DNA of 64,000 nucleotides, taken from Camelus ferus. Lineage: Eukaryota. The position numbers and the translations under genes were made by a program. Positions 28,785 through 40,235 of the stretch are shown here, piece by piece. The stretch spans positions 17,982,001 to 18,046,000 of the forward strand of contig NC_045696.1 in assembly GCF_009834535.1 (NCBI RefSeq), given 5' to 3'. The stretch's first letter is position 1; the number at the start of each line of letters is the position of its first letter. The notes beneath the pieces were generated by a model, which was not told where the DNA came from, ran no database searches, and saw nothing but the letters and a program-made list of their open reading frames with translations.

Positions 28785-29950
28785 AAGATAATGTCATGTG
28801 TGTATACAGAAAGTTAACTATTGTCCCTTCCCATCCCCCTCCCCCTTGGCAACCACAAGTTTGTATTCTGTATCTATGAGTCTGTTTCTGTTTTGTATTT
28901 ATGTTTCAAAATGTAGAATAGATAAACAAGATTATACTGTTCAGCATAGGGAAATATATACAAGATCTTGTGGTAGCTCACAGCAAGAAAAAAAATGTGA
29001 CAATGAATATATGTATGTTCATGTATAACTGAAAAACTGTGCTCTACACTGGAATTTGACACAACATTGTAAAATGACTATAACTTAATAAAAAAAAAGT
29101 AAAAAAATTTTTTTAAAAATGGACAGAGGAAAAGGACCTGAATAGACATGTTCCCAAGGAGGACATACAGAAGGCCACAGACATATGAAAGGATTCTCAA
29201 CATCACTAATCATCAGGGAAATGCAAATCAAAACCACAAAGAGATACTACTTCACAGCTGTCAGAATGGCTATTATCAAAAGGACAACAAAAAGCAAGCA
29301 TTGGTGACAATGTGGAGAAAAGGAAACCCTTGTGTATGGCTGGTGGGACTATAAATTGGTGCAGCCACTATGGAAAACAGTATGGAGATTCCACAAAAAA
29401 TTAAAAATAGAACTACCATATGATCCAGCAAAAAAAAAAAAAAGAGAGAAAGTTAACTATTATTCAGACATACAAAAAGAATGAAATATTGCCGTTTGTG
29501 ACAACATGGATGGAACTTGAGGGCATGATGCTAGGGGAAACAAGTCAAACAGGGAAAGGCAAATACCATATGACCTCACTTATATGTGGAATCTGAAAGA
29601 AAAAATAAACAAACAAATTCATAGATAAGAGAATATATTACAGATTGGTGATTGTCAGAGGCAGGGTGTGGGGAGACTGAAAAATGGGTGAAGAGAGTCA
29701 AAAAGTACAAACTTCCAATTTTAAAATAAATAAGTCATGGGGATGTAAGGTACATGACAGTGTTTATAGTTAATAATATTGTATTGCATAGCTGAAAGCT
29801 GCTAAGAGAATAGATCTTAAAAGTTGTCATAATAAGAAAAAAATATGCAACTATGTATGGTGACAGCTGTTAATTAGACTTGTTTGGGTGATTATTTCAC
29901 AATATATATGAATATCAAATTTTCATGCTGTACACCTGAAACTGATACAA
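28785..29950 (+). mobile_element. Older L1 ORF2 end and 3' UTR (L1MA/MB-like), interrupted by the 28808-29461 insertion
   Basis: Removing the insertion restores ...GTATACAGAAAGTTAACTATTATTCAGACATACAAAAAGAATGAAATATTGCCGTTTGTGACAACATGGATG, close to the L1 consensus. The 3' UTR continues to GCTGTACACCTGAAAC. Confidence 0.8.
28808..29461 (+). mobile_element. Young lineage-specific L1 insertion with 5' inversion and 3' transduction
   Basis: TSD AGAAAGTTAACTATT at 28808-28822 and 29447-29461. Inverted 3'UTR piece 28823-28905, sense 3'UTR 28906-29107, extra 320 bp at 29108-29429 and a second poly(A) at 29430-29443. Confidence 0.88.
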
Positions 29951-30889
29951 TGTCTAGTAGCCCTTCCTCTATCCCCAGCTCGGGGATACCATACTATGAA
30001 AACAGAATGCACTTCCATTGTAGAAATAGGCTTAATCGTACGATATAAATAAAACTTTAAAAACAATGTACTGATTGCACTCTATTAAAGGAACTTACAT
30101 TTCTACAGAACATTCATGTTAATCAGTAATAAACAGGAAGATTTACTTGATAGCTCATGAGAGAGTGCTTTTAAGTTCAAATATATATATATTTAGGCAA
30201 GAAGAAACAGTTTGAGTACTTGTTTTTATCTACTCTTACTCTCATCTGCAAATTAAAATGATGTTAACCAAGCTGGGAAAAAGGAAGAGAGGTGAAGAGT
30301 ATACATTGCTCTAGGCCATCCCTTCACCCTGTGGGCAGAGTCCTGGGAGATACTTGAAGTAATAGTTCTCAAAATATGAGATGTTCAGGTGAATCCCTTG
30401 TGCCATGCTTTCAACATCTATACATGGATATAGCCAGTTCCTGACAAAGAAACATCAAAGACATCTCAGGAAGGCATGTCAAAGTAGAAATGACAGCATA
30501 ATGGGTATAGGCATAAAAGAACAAGACAAAGTATTATTATTAAAGGAAAACAACATTTGACCTTATCCTTTCTTAATCTCCTGTCCTTATGTAAAAGTGC
30601 TCCTACATCTCACCACCACCATACTTCCCTCCCACCTGGGAATGGTGGCATTAAGCAGATCAAATTTTCCTGCTTCTGAGAGAGGTACATGACATGTTGA
30701 AGGACAGCTGTGGACCAGAGGGAGATTGTGGATTTGAAGAGAAAGAAATGTGAGCTGATACAAACCAGATACATGAAGGCCTCATGTGACAGCAACAGGG
30801 GCAGCAGGGACAAGAGCTCTCAGCAATTATGTGGGACAAGTTCCACCTGCAGTAGAGAGCAAAACAGAACCAAGACAAGAGGCATTTAC

Positions 30890-31875
30890 TAAGAACCCAC
30901 AGAGAACATCAAACTTAACAGTGAAGGACTGAAATCATTGCTCCTAAGTTTAGGAACAAGACAATGATGTTCACTCTTGCCACTTCTATTCAACGTTTTC
31001 TTGGAGGTTTTAGTCAGGGCAATTAGGTAAGGAACTAAAATAAAAAACATCAAGTTTAGAAAGGAAGATTCTATTCACAAATGACATGAACTTGTATACA
31101 GAAAATCCTAGGAAATTCACACAGACAGCCCCCATTATCCCCGAAAGAACTAATAAATGAGTTCAGCAAGAATACAGGATACAAGATGAACAAGCAAAAA
31201 TCAACTTGTATTTGTATAAACTCACACTGAACAATCCAAAAATAAAATGCAAAAAAATTCCCTTTACAGTAGCATTAAAAGATTACTTAGAAATAAACTC
31301 ATACACTAAAAACTGCAAAATGTCTTTGAAAGAAATTAAAGAAGACCTGAATAAATGAAAAGACATCCATTGTTCACACATTGGAAAACTTAATAGCGCT
31401 AATATGGCAACACTTGAAAACTGATCTACTGATTCAACACAATTACTATTAAAAACCTAGCTGGCTTCTTGGAAAAAATTGACAACTTGATACTAAAATT
31501 TATATAGGTATGTAAAGGACCTAGAATAGTCAAACCAATCTTGAAAAGAAGAACAAAGTTGGAGGATTCACACTTCTTAATTTCAACATTTACTATAAAG
31601 GTACAGTAATTAAGACAGGGTAATAGCTGAATAATACAAATATATAGGCCAATGAAATAGAATATATGTCCAGAAACAAACCTGATATCTATGGCCAATT
31701 GATTTTGACAAAGGTATCAAGGCAATTCAATGGGAAATTTAAAAAATGATTATTTAATAAATAGATAATAATTGACACTGAAACAACTAGATATTCACAT
31801 CCAAAGGATAAAAAATAACTAAACAAGAATCAAAGACCTAAATATAAGGGCTAAAACTTTTAGATAAAAACATAG
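30890..31875 (+). mobile_element. Old L1 ORF2 fragment (RT and downstream)
   Basis: GGAACAAGACAATGATG..CTATTCAAC, AATGACATGA (degenerate FADD region), AAAGAAGACCTGAATAAATGAAAAGACATCC. Confidence 0.88.
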
Positions 31876-32126
31876 CCGTATTTCAAAGAAGAAATTTGAA
31901 CGGCAATTGAGAAAATAAAATACAGAGGAAAAACACCTAAATACAATAAGAAGTATAAAATATTTTTCTCTCATTTTATTTCAAATTTTCTAAGAAGAAC
32001 ACTGAGCTATATAAAATATTACAAAATACAATAAAATTAAGTTTATGCAGTTGAACTAATAGGAATATGCTAATGTCATTCTTAAAGTATCAGGTTGTAA
32101 CTTTGATTTAAAAAAGCAAAAACTGT

Positions 32127-32585
32127 CATGGAAACAACCTAAATGTCCATTGACAGATGACTGGATAAAGAAGCTGTGGTACATTTATATGATGGAATAC
32201 TACTCAGTGATAAAAAAAGAATAAAATAATGCCATTTGCAGCAACATGGATGGACCTGGATATCATCATTCTAAGTGAAGTAAGCCAGAAAGAGAAAGAA
32301 AAATACCATATGATATCACTCATATGTGGAATCTAAAAAAGAGAAGAAAAAGGAGGAAACTAATGAACTCATCTACAAAACAGAAACAGACCTGCAGACA
32401 TAGTAAACAATTTTATGGTTACTGGGGGAAAGAGGGTAGGAAGGGATAGATTTGGGAGTTTGAGATTTGCAAAGGTTAACCACTATACCTAAAAATAAAA
32501 AATGAATTTCTTATGTATAGTACAGGGAACTATATTCAACATCTTGTAATAACCTTTAACAAAAAAGAATATGAAAATGAATCCA
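32127..32585 (+). mobile_element. L1 3' fragment (ORF2 end plus 3' UTR), a distinct lineage subfamily
   Basis: CATGGAAACAACCTAAATGTCCATTGACAGATGACTGGATAAAGAAG...GCAGCAACATGGATGGACCTGG; G-rich tract near 32425. Confidence 0.9.
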
Positions 32586-33949
32586 CCTATTTCTGAAGAC
32601 TCAGGATCAATCCATACATACCTCCACAGCACTAAATCAAATAAATGTGAACAGTAAAAGTATCAAACAGTTATAATTCTAGTATATTTAATTTATCTTA
32701 TTATAAGGTCATAAAAACAAATAGCTGCATTCTATATTTCACTAACATACTATAAATTGTATTATTTATTTTCTGTCTTCCCCAACAAAAAAATTTGTAT
32801 CTCTCTTGCTTGGTAGACAGTAAACTTGTAGACAAACATTAAATATTTGTTTGAACAAATGAATGTTAAGATACATTATAAAAACAACAAGTAGGATAGT
32901 TAAGTGTTTGGATTACTTGTAGGTAACATAAAGAATTGCACTAGAAAGCGGAAAAGGATAGTCAATATGCATTAGTTAAGATTCTGCTTAAATGGGAGTG
33001 ACAAAAGGAATAAAATAAGTTTGGTGGAATAGAATTTTTACATAATTTACTTTAAAAAATCAGACAGTGGTGGCACGTTGCTGCAAAGTATAAAAAATGC
33101 AAGGTCCTTCTTTGTCAGTGCTCCTTGATACCTTGTTTCTGTTACCAAGGTCAACTCATCGTTCAAAATTGCTCCTCCAGTTTCAGCAGTCAAGTGATAT
33201 CTCAGCCAACACAAAGGAGGTAACAGAAGAGATTATCCCCTCTTTGAAGGAGATCGGAAAATCATACGAAGTAAGTATTTTAGGAAACACGATCACTTTC
33301 ACTCATGAGTTAACTAGTAAATGGACACTTAAGAGCCAGTTTTATTTTGAAAAACTTGATTTTAGAGTTATCTATATTTAACACCAAGAGTAGAGAAAAT
33401 TATCAGTTTCCAATTGTTTCAAAGCTTTTAGTTGAAAAAGACTGCATTTCATTTAGCTTTATTTTACTCATAGAACACAGTGCCTTGTATTCTAAAGATA
33501 CACAGAAACACACACATGCATATATGATAAATGGATAAAAACATATTTTCAAGCAAAAAATTGACTAAACCAGAGAACAGTATATATCATACTCATTACA
33601 TGTAAAATAAACTACAGAGCATATAAAAGACCCCCAATGCCTGTATCACTCACCAGAAACCCAAAAATATCAGGGCTGGGACAAAAACTCTAATTACAAA
33701 ATCTCTATTATTCCCACCAATAAAAAATAAAATGTAACTGTTGGTGAATATTTTAAATAGTAGAAAATTTCTTGACACTGAGAAGTGCTGAGAGACATAT
33801 TGTTTATCTGACATGAGACAAAAATTTTCCTGATTAGTAAAATGGCTGAATCACCACATTTATTAAATATGATTTTATTATTCTTTTATTGTGACTGGGC
33901 TACACAAGAAAAAACTATTCTTCATAAAATATATTAAAACACTATACCA

Positions 33950-34225
33950 TTAGGAAGAGGAAGAGGGGAGCAAAATAGGGGTAATAGATTACACAAACTA
34001 CTATTTATAAAATAAATAAGCAACAAGGATATATTGTACAGCACACAGAAATACAGCCAATGAGGCATTATTCTGTAATAAGATTAAATGGAGTATAATC
34101 TTTAAAAATGTGGAACCACTATTGTAACTAATACACTGTAAATCAACTATACTTGAATAAAATGTAAATATATATAAATGAATGAAGGAATGAAAGAATG
34201 AACGAATAACTAAATAAATAAAATG
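33950..34225 (+). mobile_element. L1 3' UTR end with A-rich/GAAT tail
   Basis: AAATAAGCAACAAGGATATATTGTACAGCAC...GTAAATCAACTATACTTGAATAAAA. Confidence 0.8.
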
Positions 34226-36569
34226 TTGAGTTATTGCTGGTGATTTGGTTTTGCTTTTTTAAAATGATTTTCTAAATTTTACTTTAATTATGATCACCCA
34301 ATAACATGCATCATGGCATAAGTTAACTAAATTAGTAGTTAACCTAAAATCTAATTAATTAATTATTTAAAAAATTTCTTAGTAAACAAATAGTCTTATT
34401 AAGAGATTTGTTTAACATCTTACTGTAACTCTAGTACATTTTATATATTCCATATGTGTTTGTTAATTGAGGCACTTACTATATTTTCTCCATTTTTTTG
34501 TTTTGGTTTGCTTATAATTATGCTTTGAGGTAGAAGACAAAATACAATCTTTCAAATGCTAAAATATGGAAGTTGGTTATATTCTCAAATAACTTCTTCT
34601 AAAACTACGTTATTTTGAAAACTGAAATCATCTCTTCGGTTTAACATAAATTTTCACAATCTGTTGACACATTTTATGATGTTCTTTTGTATTTTTCTCC
34701 CCTGCTCACTTGAAGATTAGATACATCTGGCAACTCATTTATGTCAATGACATTAATTAATCACTTCCCATTATTTCAGTTATGATGTATGAAGGCTTTC
34801 ATATTTGTGAGACTTCAAAAGTATCTAAAACTGATAATTCCCATTTTCTCATTTAAAACCTATTATAAAGTGCTCTCCTGAGAAAACAGCCACCTGTGTC
34901 CAGTTAGCAGCTTATGGTCATCTAGAATTCCTGACTGCAGAGCTAAAATTTGCTTACTTCCTATTCCTATTTTTCCACTAAAATGCCCTTCAACTAGATT
35001 GTCCTCATTTGTTTATTATTAATATATCTTTTAAAGTAATTAATCACTTATCCAGTTAAAAATCCACATTCTTTACATGCAATTTCTGTCAATTTTGGAT
35101 TGTTGAAGTTAGAGACCCAAGTGATATGAATATATCAAACAACAGCACATAGATATCCAATGGTCCATAAGTAAACAAAAAGTATTTCATATTAATTAGT
35201 TTTTCAGATCCGTATATTTAACATGTGATTAGCTTGCATAAGATAAATTTATAAAAAAAGGGGCTAGGTTAGGCAAATAAATATTGTATCATAGAAGAAT
35301 ATTATTCCAGACAATTTATATCATTTTTAATATTTTAATAAAAGTAAACAAAAGTGGATGAAAAAGATCATTTAAATAATACTCTCACTCTGTCCTCCAG
35401 AAAGTGTTATATAGACTTTCATATACTTTTCTCTCTTTCTCCATATTCAGGTATATATATGATTTAAAATATTGATAATCAGTACATAAATAGATAAAAG
35501 ATAATCTTACAAAATGAGATTGTTCTAGTAATTAATCTTCAAATTTTTCAATACATAACAATCATGTCTCTAACTGATGATGACTGGCAGTAGCACCTTA
35601 CAAGTTTCACATGCACGAAGGAGACATTTAATGATTTTAAATATTTGTAACAACAAATGTGAGAAATTATTGTTTGAAAATTAAAATAGAAACAAAAACA
35701 TTCTCAAAATATGATAAAAGTCTGATTATATGAAAACTAGAAACATATGTAAAATGACTAGAGAGTTTCATATAAGTCCACGCTGTACAAAATTAAGAAT
35801 GATCAACACACCAATATTTCAGGATAGTTATTGTTGACTAATATATTTTATGCTTACCAAGTTGCCTTTGGCCAAATTAATTTTTCACTTTTTCTTAAAT
35901 AAATTAAGTATAATAAATGTATTATCTTATGCTTACATATAGCAGTATACTCATAATATTCCAAATAGAGAATATAAAAATGAGAATGCCTAAGTTCCAG
36001 AAAGGTCAGAAAACTCCTACATCTTGGATGGAGCTACAAATTCAAGATAATTGGGTATGCTTAGCCTTCTGGGCAAGAGATGGTTTGCAAATGAGATGGG
36101 AATGTTTTGTAAATAGGTTCACAGGGGTCATGCTATATTTTCTAAAAGGCATCAACAGCAATAATGAAATGTTATAAAATAAGCTGGGATCTATTCATTT
36201 GTAATCTCCTTAGTATGAAGTAAAAGCATTTTTGATTCTAGGTAAAAACAGAAATTGGAAAGTCAAATCTTGAGCAGTGATTTTACATTTGCTTAAAAGT
36301 ACAGAATATCCTGTATTTGGAGGTGAGTTGAATAAATTTTATCTCACTTTCACCACTTGATTAAAATATCTTAAAGACATCTAACTTGCTCTGTCCCAGT
36401 ACTATATATTCTGAGTAATTCTGCAGGGAATAATTTTGCTTTAGTATAGATTTACAAATTTGGAGTAGCCTGAAACAACGCATGTTATCAATTTTCTTTC
36501 TAAGGTTATCAAGTTAAAAGGAATAAATTTGAGTTTAGATATATTTTGTTGCTAAGAACCTTTGCTTAC

Positions 36570-37501
36570 CTAAACAAGCAATTCTCTCAGGAATAAATAC
36601 AAATGATCAACAGGCACATGAAAAAATTCTCAGTATCACTAATTATCAGAGAAATGCAAACCAAAACTACGATGAGGTATCACTTCACACCAGTCAGAAT
36701 GGCCATCATTCAAAAGTCCACAAATGACAAATGCTGGAGAGGCTGTGGAGAAAAGGGAACCCTCCTGCACTGCTGCTGGAATGCAATTTGGTGCAGCCAC
36801 TGTGGAAAGCAGTATGGAGATTCCTCAAAGAACTAGGAATAGACTTACCATGTGACCCAGGAATCCTGCTCCCGGGCATATATCCAGAAGGAACCCTACT
36901 TCAGAGAGCCACCTGCACCCCAATGTTCATAGCAGCACTATTTGTAATAGCCAAGACATGGAAACAGCCTAAAAGTCCATCAACAGATGAGTGGATAAAG
37001 AAGAGGTGGTATATTTATACAATGGAATACTATTCAGCCATAAAAACGACAACATAATGCCATTTGCAGCAACATGGATGTCCCTGGAGAATGTCATTCT
37101 AAGTGAAGTTAGCTAGAAAGAGAAAGAAAAATACCATATGAGATTGCTCATATGTGGAATCTAAAAAAAAAAAAAAAAAAGAACATAAATACAAAACAGA
37201 AACAGACTCATACATATAGAATATAAACTTGTGGTTGCCAAGGGGGCGGGGGGTGGGAAGAGACAGACTGGGATTTCAAAATTTGTAGATACTGACAGGC
37301 ATATGCAGAATAGATAAACAAGATTATACCATATAGCACAGGAAAATATATACAAGATCTTGTGGTAGCTCACAGTGAAAAAAAATGTGACAATGAATAT
37401 ATGTATGTTCATGTATAACTGAAAAATTGTGCTCTACACTGGAATTTGACACTATATTGTAAAATGACTATAACTCAATAAAAAATGTTAAAAAAAAAAA
37501 A
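36570..37501 (+). mobile_element. Young 5'-truncated L1 (ORF2 C-terminus plus 3' UTR plus poly(A))
   Basis: Peptides [27 protein letters not shown] and CTPMFIAALFVIAKTWKQPK. The 3'UTR is nearly the same as at 28823-29107. AATAAA at 37477. Confidence 0.95.
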
Positions 37502-38328
37502 GAAATATATCTTGAGGAAATAAATGTATACGCATATAGAAAAAAAAAATCTTTCCTTACACCTTCTTTAGTCAAACAATGGTCCCAATTACTAGGACCC
37601 ATAAATCTGATAATCTTACTTTTGCTCATGTGAAACTTGTAAGATGCTGCCAGTCTATTATGTACCAACTAGATTCTCTGTATTTGACAACTTTCATCTG
37701 CACTTCCAAATTACATTTTTTTTATTTGTGAAACAAGTTCCATGATATTTTGCTTGTGGCCACAAAGCATGGTGACATAGACATTCTAAATTAAGAAATT
37801 ATTTATACCATCACTTCTTACAGTTTTTCATCTTTCCTAACAAATCCTTGTAATACAGAATGATACTTTCCTTTAGAGTGCTCCATAATCATTCTCCTAG
37901 TAAAGCGTCTTTCAGAAATGGATGTTACTCCTACAATGTCTTAACATAAAATTTCACCCAGAATGCTTAAATTACAGAGGAAACTCATCTCTACCTCCTC
38001 TACTCCCTGAAACTAACAGGAAAGAGTATATTATAGATGGAACCACTTAGAAAATACAGATGTAGTCTCCAAAAAATGAAATGAAATCAACATTTGAATC
38101 ACAGTCTCCAGAACAAAAGAGCTTAAAATATACGTATGAGAAATTGAGAAGAATTAGTACAACATACAATTGAAAATTAAGTTGGGAAAGGTCAGAAAAA
38201 TAAATAGAAAATACTAAAAAAAATCATTCTGGCCATTTTTTTTAAAATAAAGCAATAGAAAGATGAATATACACCATTAAAAACACTCATGTATATTGAG
38301 GTCAAGGCAGAAGTAAAAATACAGCTAT

Positions 38329-38450
38329 GGTGGTGAGGGTAATAGCTCAGTGGTAGAGCCCATGCTTAGCATGCATGAGGTCCTGGGTTCAATCCCCAGT
38401 ATCTCCATCAAAAAAGTTAAATGAAAAAATTAAAGAAATTTTTAAAAGAC
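38329..38450 (+). mobile_element. tRNA-Ala(AGC)-derived SINE (camelid Vic-1-like)
   Basis: A-box TAGCTCAGTGG (38343-38353), anticodon loop TTAGCAT, B-box GGTTCAATCC (38386-38395) and an A-rich tail. Imperfect TSD TAAAAATACAGCTAT (38314-38328) / TAAAACTACAGTTAT (38451-38465). Confidence 0.88.
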
Positions 38451-40054
38451 TAAAACTACAGTTATATATGAGAATTACTGGTATAATCTTAAAAATCTAT
38501 GGAGAAATAATGCTAAGCATAATGCCAAAAAACATCCCTCAGACTTCTTTAGTGGGAGGAGTATCTTGAGCAACTATGACAAAATAGGCCTTAAGAATTA
38601 TTTAGCAAGAGGATACTCTGACGGAAACAGTAGACTGAGAATAAACATTAAGAATGCTTCTTTAGTGTGGAACCAAATTTTTATTTGATAAAACTATTAG
38701 TCTCTCTCCCTCTGTTTTTCTCTCTCATGAGAATAAAGTTTTACTAGCCTGAATCTCAAATGTGGCTAAAATTATACAGGACAATGGGAAAATAAAATTT
38801 AAAAAACATGCAAATAATATAATCATACAATAAATTTTACCAAGCTTCCCTGAGAGTGAGCAAATTTAAGTCCTTTCTGAAAACTTTGATACCTCTTTTA
38901 GATTCCTCAGAAGTAGGAAGAGTCAGGTGCCAGAAAAGAAACCTGTATTTCATGTGTTTGTGGTGTGTGTGGTGGAGGAAGGGGAGCAGTGAGGCGTGAA
39001 AGCTCAAAAATATGTGCAGAATAATATGCTGACCATTTGTATCTCAGTTTAAGCAAACGAAAAGATTTCCTTTATTTTCATAAGCCTGATGAGATATTCT
39101 CCTTGGTTCAACTCTTCTACCACTCACAGCAGCCATATTTGCTTATACTTCTTCTAGAAAATGGAGACAAAGTTAATATTATTGTTGGGTTTCCTCGTGC
39201 TAAATCTAATTTCTATTTGCAAATACTTTTCAACATATATATATATATTTTTTTTTTTACCTGCATATAAATGCAGGAATTCAGGTGAAAAATAAGCTCA
39301 AATAGTTCTCTTTTTTTTTTTGCCTATATGTTTAAATGATTGCATCTAAAACTTAAAAAGCTACGTTTCTCAGAAGGCATGTAAAGATGCTTGTATGGTC
39401 CTGTTCTCACTTGGGAATAAACTAAACCAGATAAAAGTGAAAGTGTTGCTAAAGGAAGCTGTTCATTTGATGCATTTTTTATGGAGTTGATTATAACTAG
39501 GAATAGTCAATCTCAAACTCTAGTTTGAAAGCCCTCAGGAATGACACAGGAAATCTTTTGTATCCCTGCTGAGTAAAGTCAAAACAAACAAACTAACAAA
39601 CTTAAACATGATCTAATATAGTTCAAAAGTTTAAATAACTACATAGTATATAGAAGGGAACCAAGGAGTAGTTGCGCTAGATTCCAGCCAAGAACAAATA
39701 CAGAAATAAAGCCTGAAGCATGTTCTGTTCAAACTGCTTGCCAATCAAAAAGCTAAAAATTAAGGGTGATATTTATTTTTTAATGCCAGAGTTGAGGTAA
39801 AAATACAACATCCAAATAATATGATTCATGGGCCTTAAGAACCAGAGTTCAAGTGAAATATAGCTTAAGAATTAGAAGTACAAATGATTCTATAGCTTAA
39901 TTACATGTTATTTGAAAGGAAAATATTTACTGCCGCTTGAAAAAGGCTTGAAAAAATGAATGTGTTTGCCATGAGGTCAAGCAGGGGAGGAGGGCTGGTC
40001 TGGTCAATGGATCAAGGCCTGTGACATGGTGGTTTAAGGAGTATCCAAAACTGA

Positions 40055-40235
40055 AGGCTCAGTTTGCTGAGTGACCTTGATCTTGGGCAAGATATGAATT
40101 CCAGTGAGCCTCAGTTTACTCAACTATAAAATTGTAATTATCACAGTATTTCCCTTATAGGTACTAACCAGTGTATAATACATGTAGGCACTTGGAATAC
40201 ACAGTAAACACTAAGTAAATGTCAGTTATTATTAC
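40055..40235 (+). mobile_element. MIR SINE
   Basis: GTGACCTTG..TTGGGCAAG..TGAGCCTCAGTTTACTCAACTATAAAAT..CACAGTAAACACTAAGTAAATGTCAGTTATTATT. Confidence 0.8.

Noticed and set aside
30890..31875. Displaced missing middle of the 24-28 kb L1
   Set aside because: It overlaps ORF2 sequence already present at 28200-28360 and differs substantially, so it is an independent insertion.
38333..38410. Functional tRNA-Ala gene
   Set aside because: The acceptor stem is imperfect, and the A-rich tail and TSD indicate a SINE copy.
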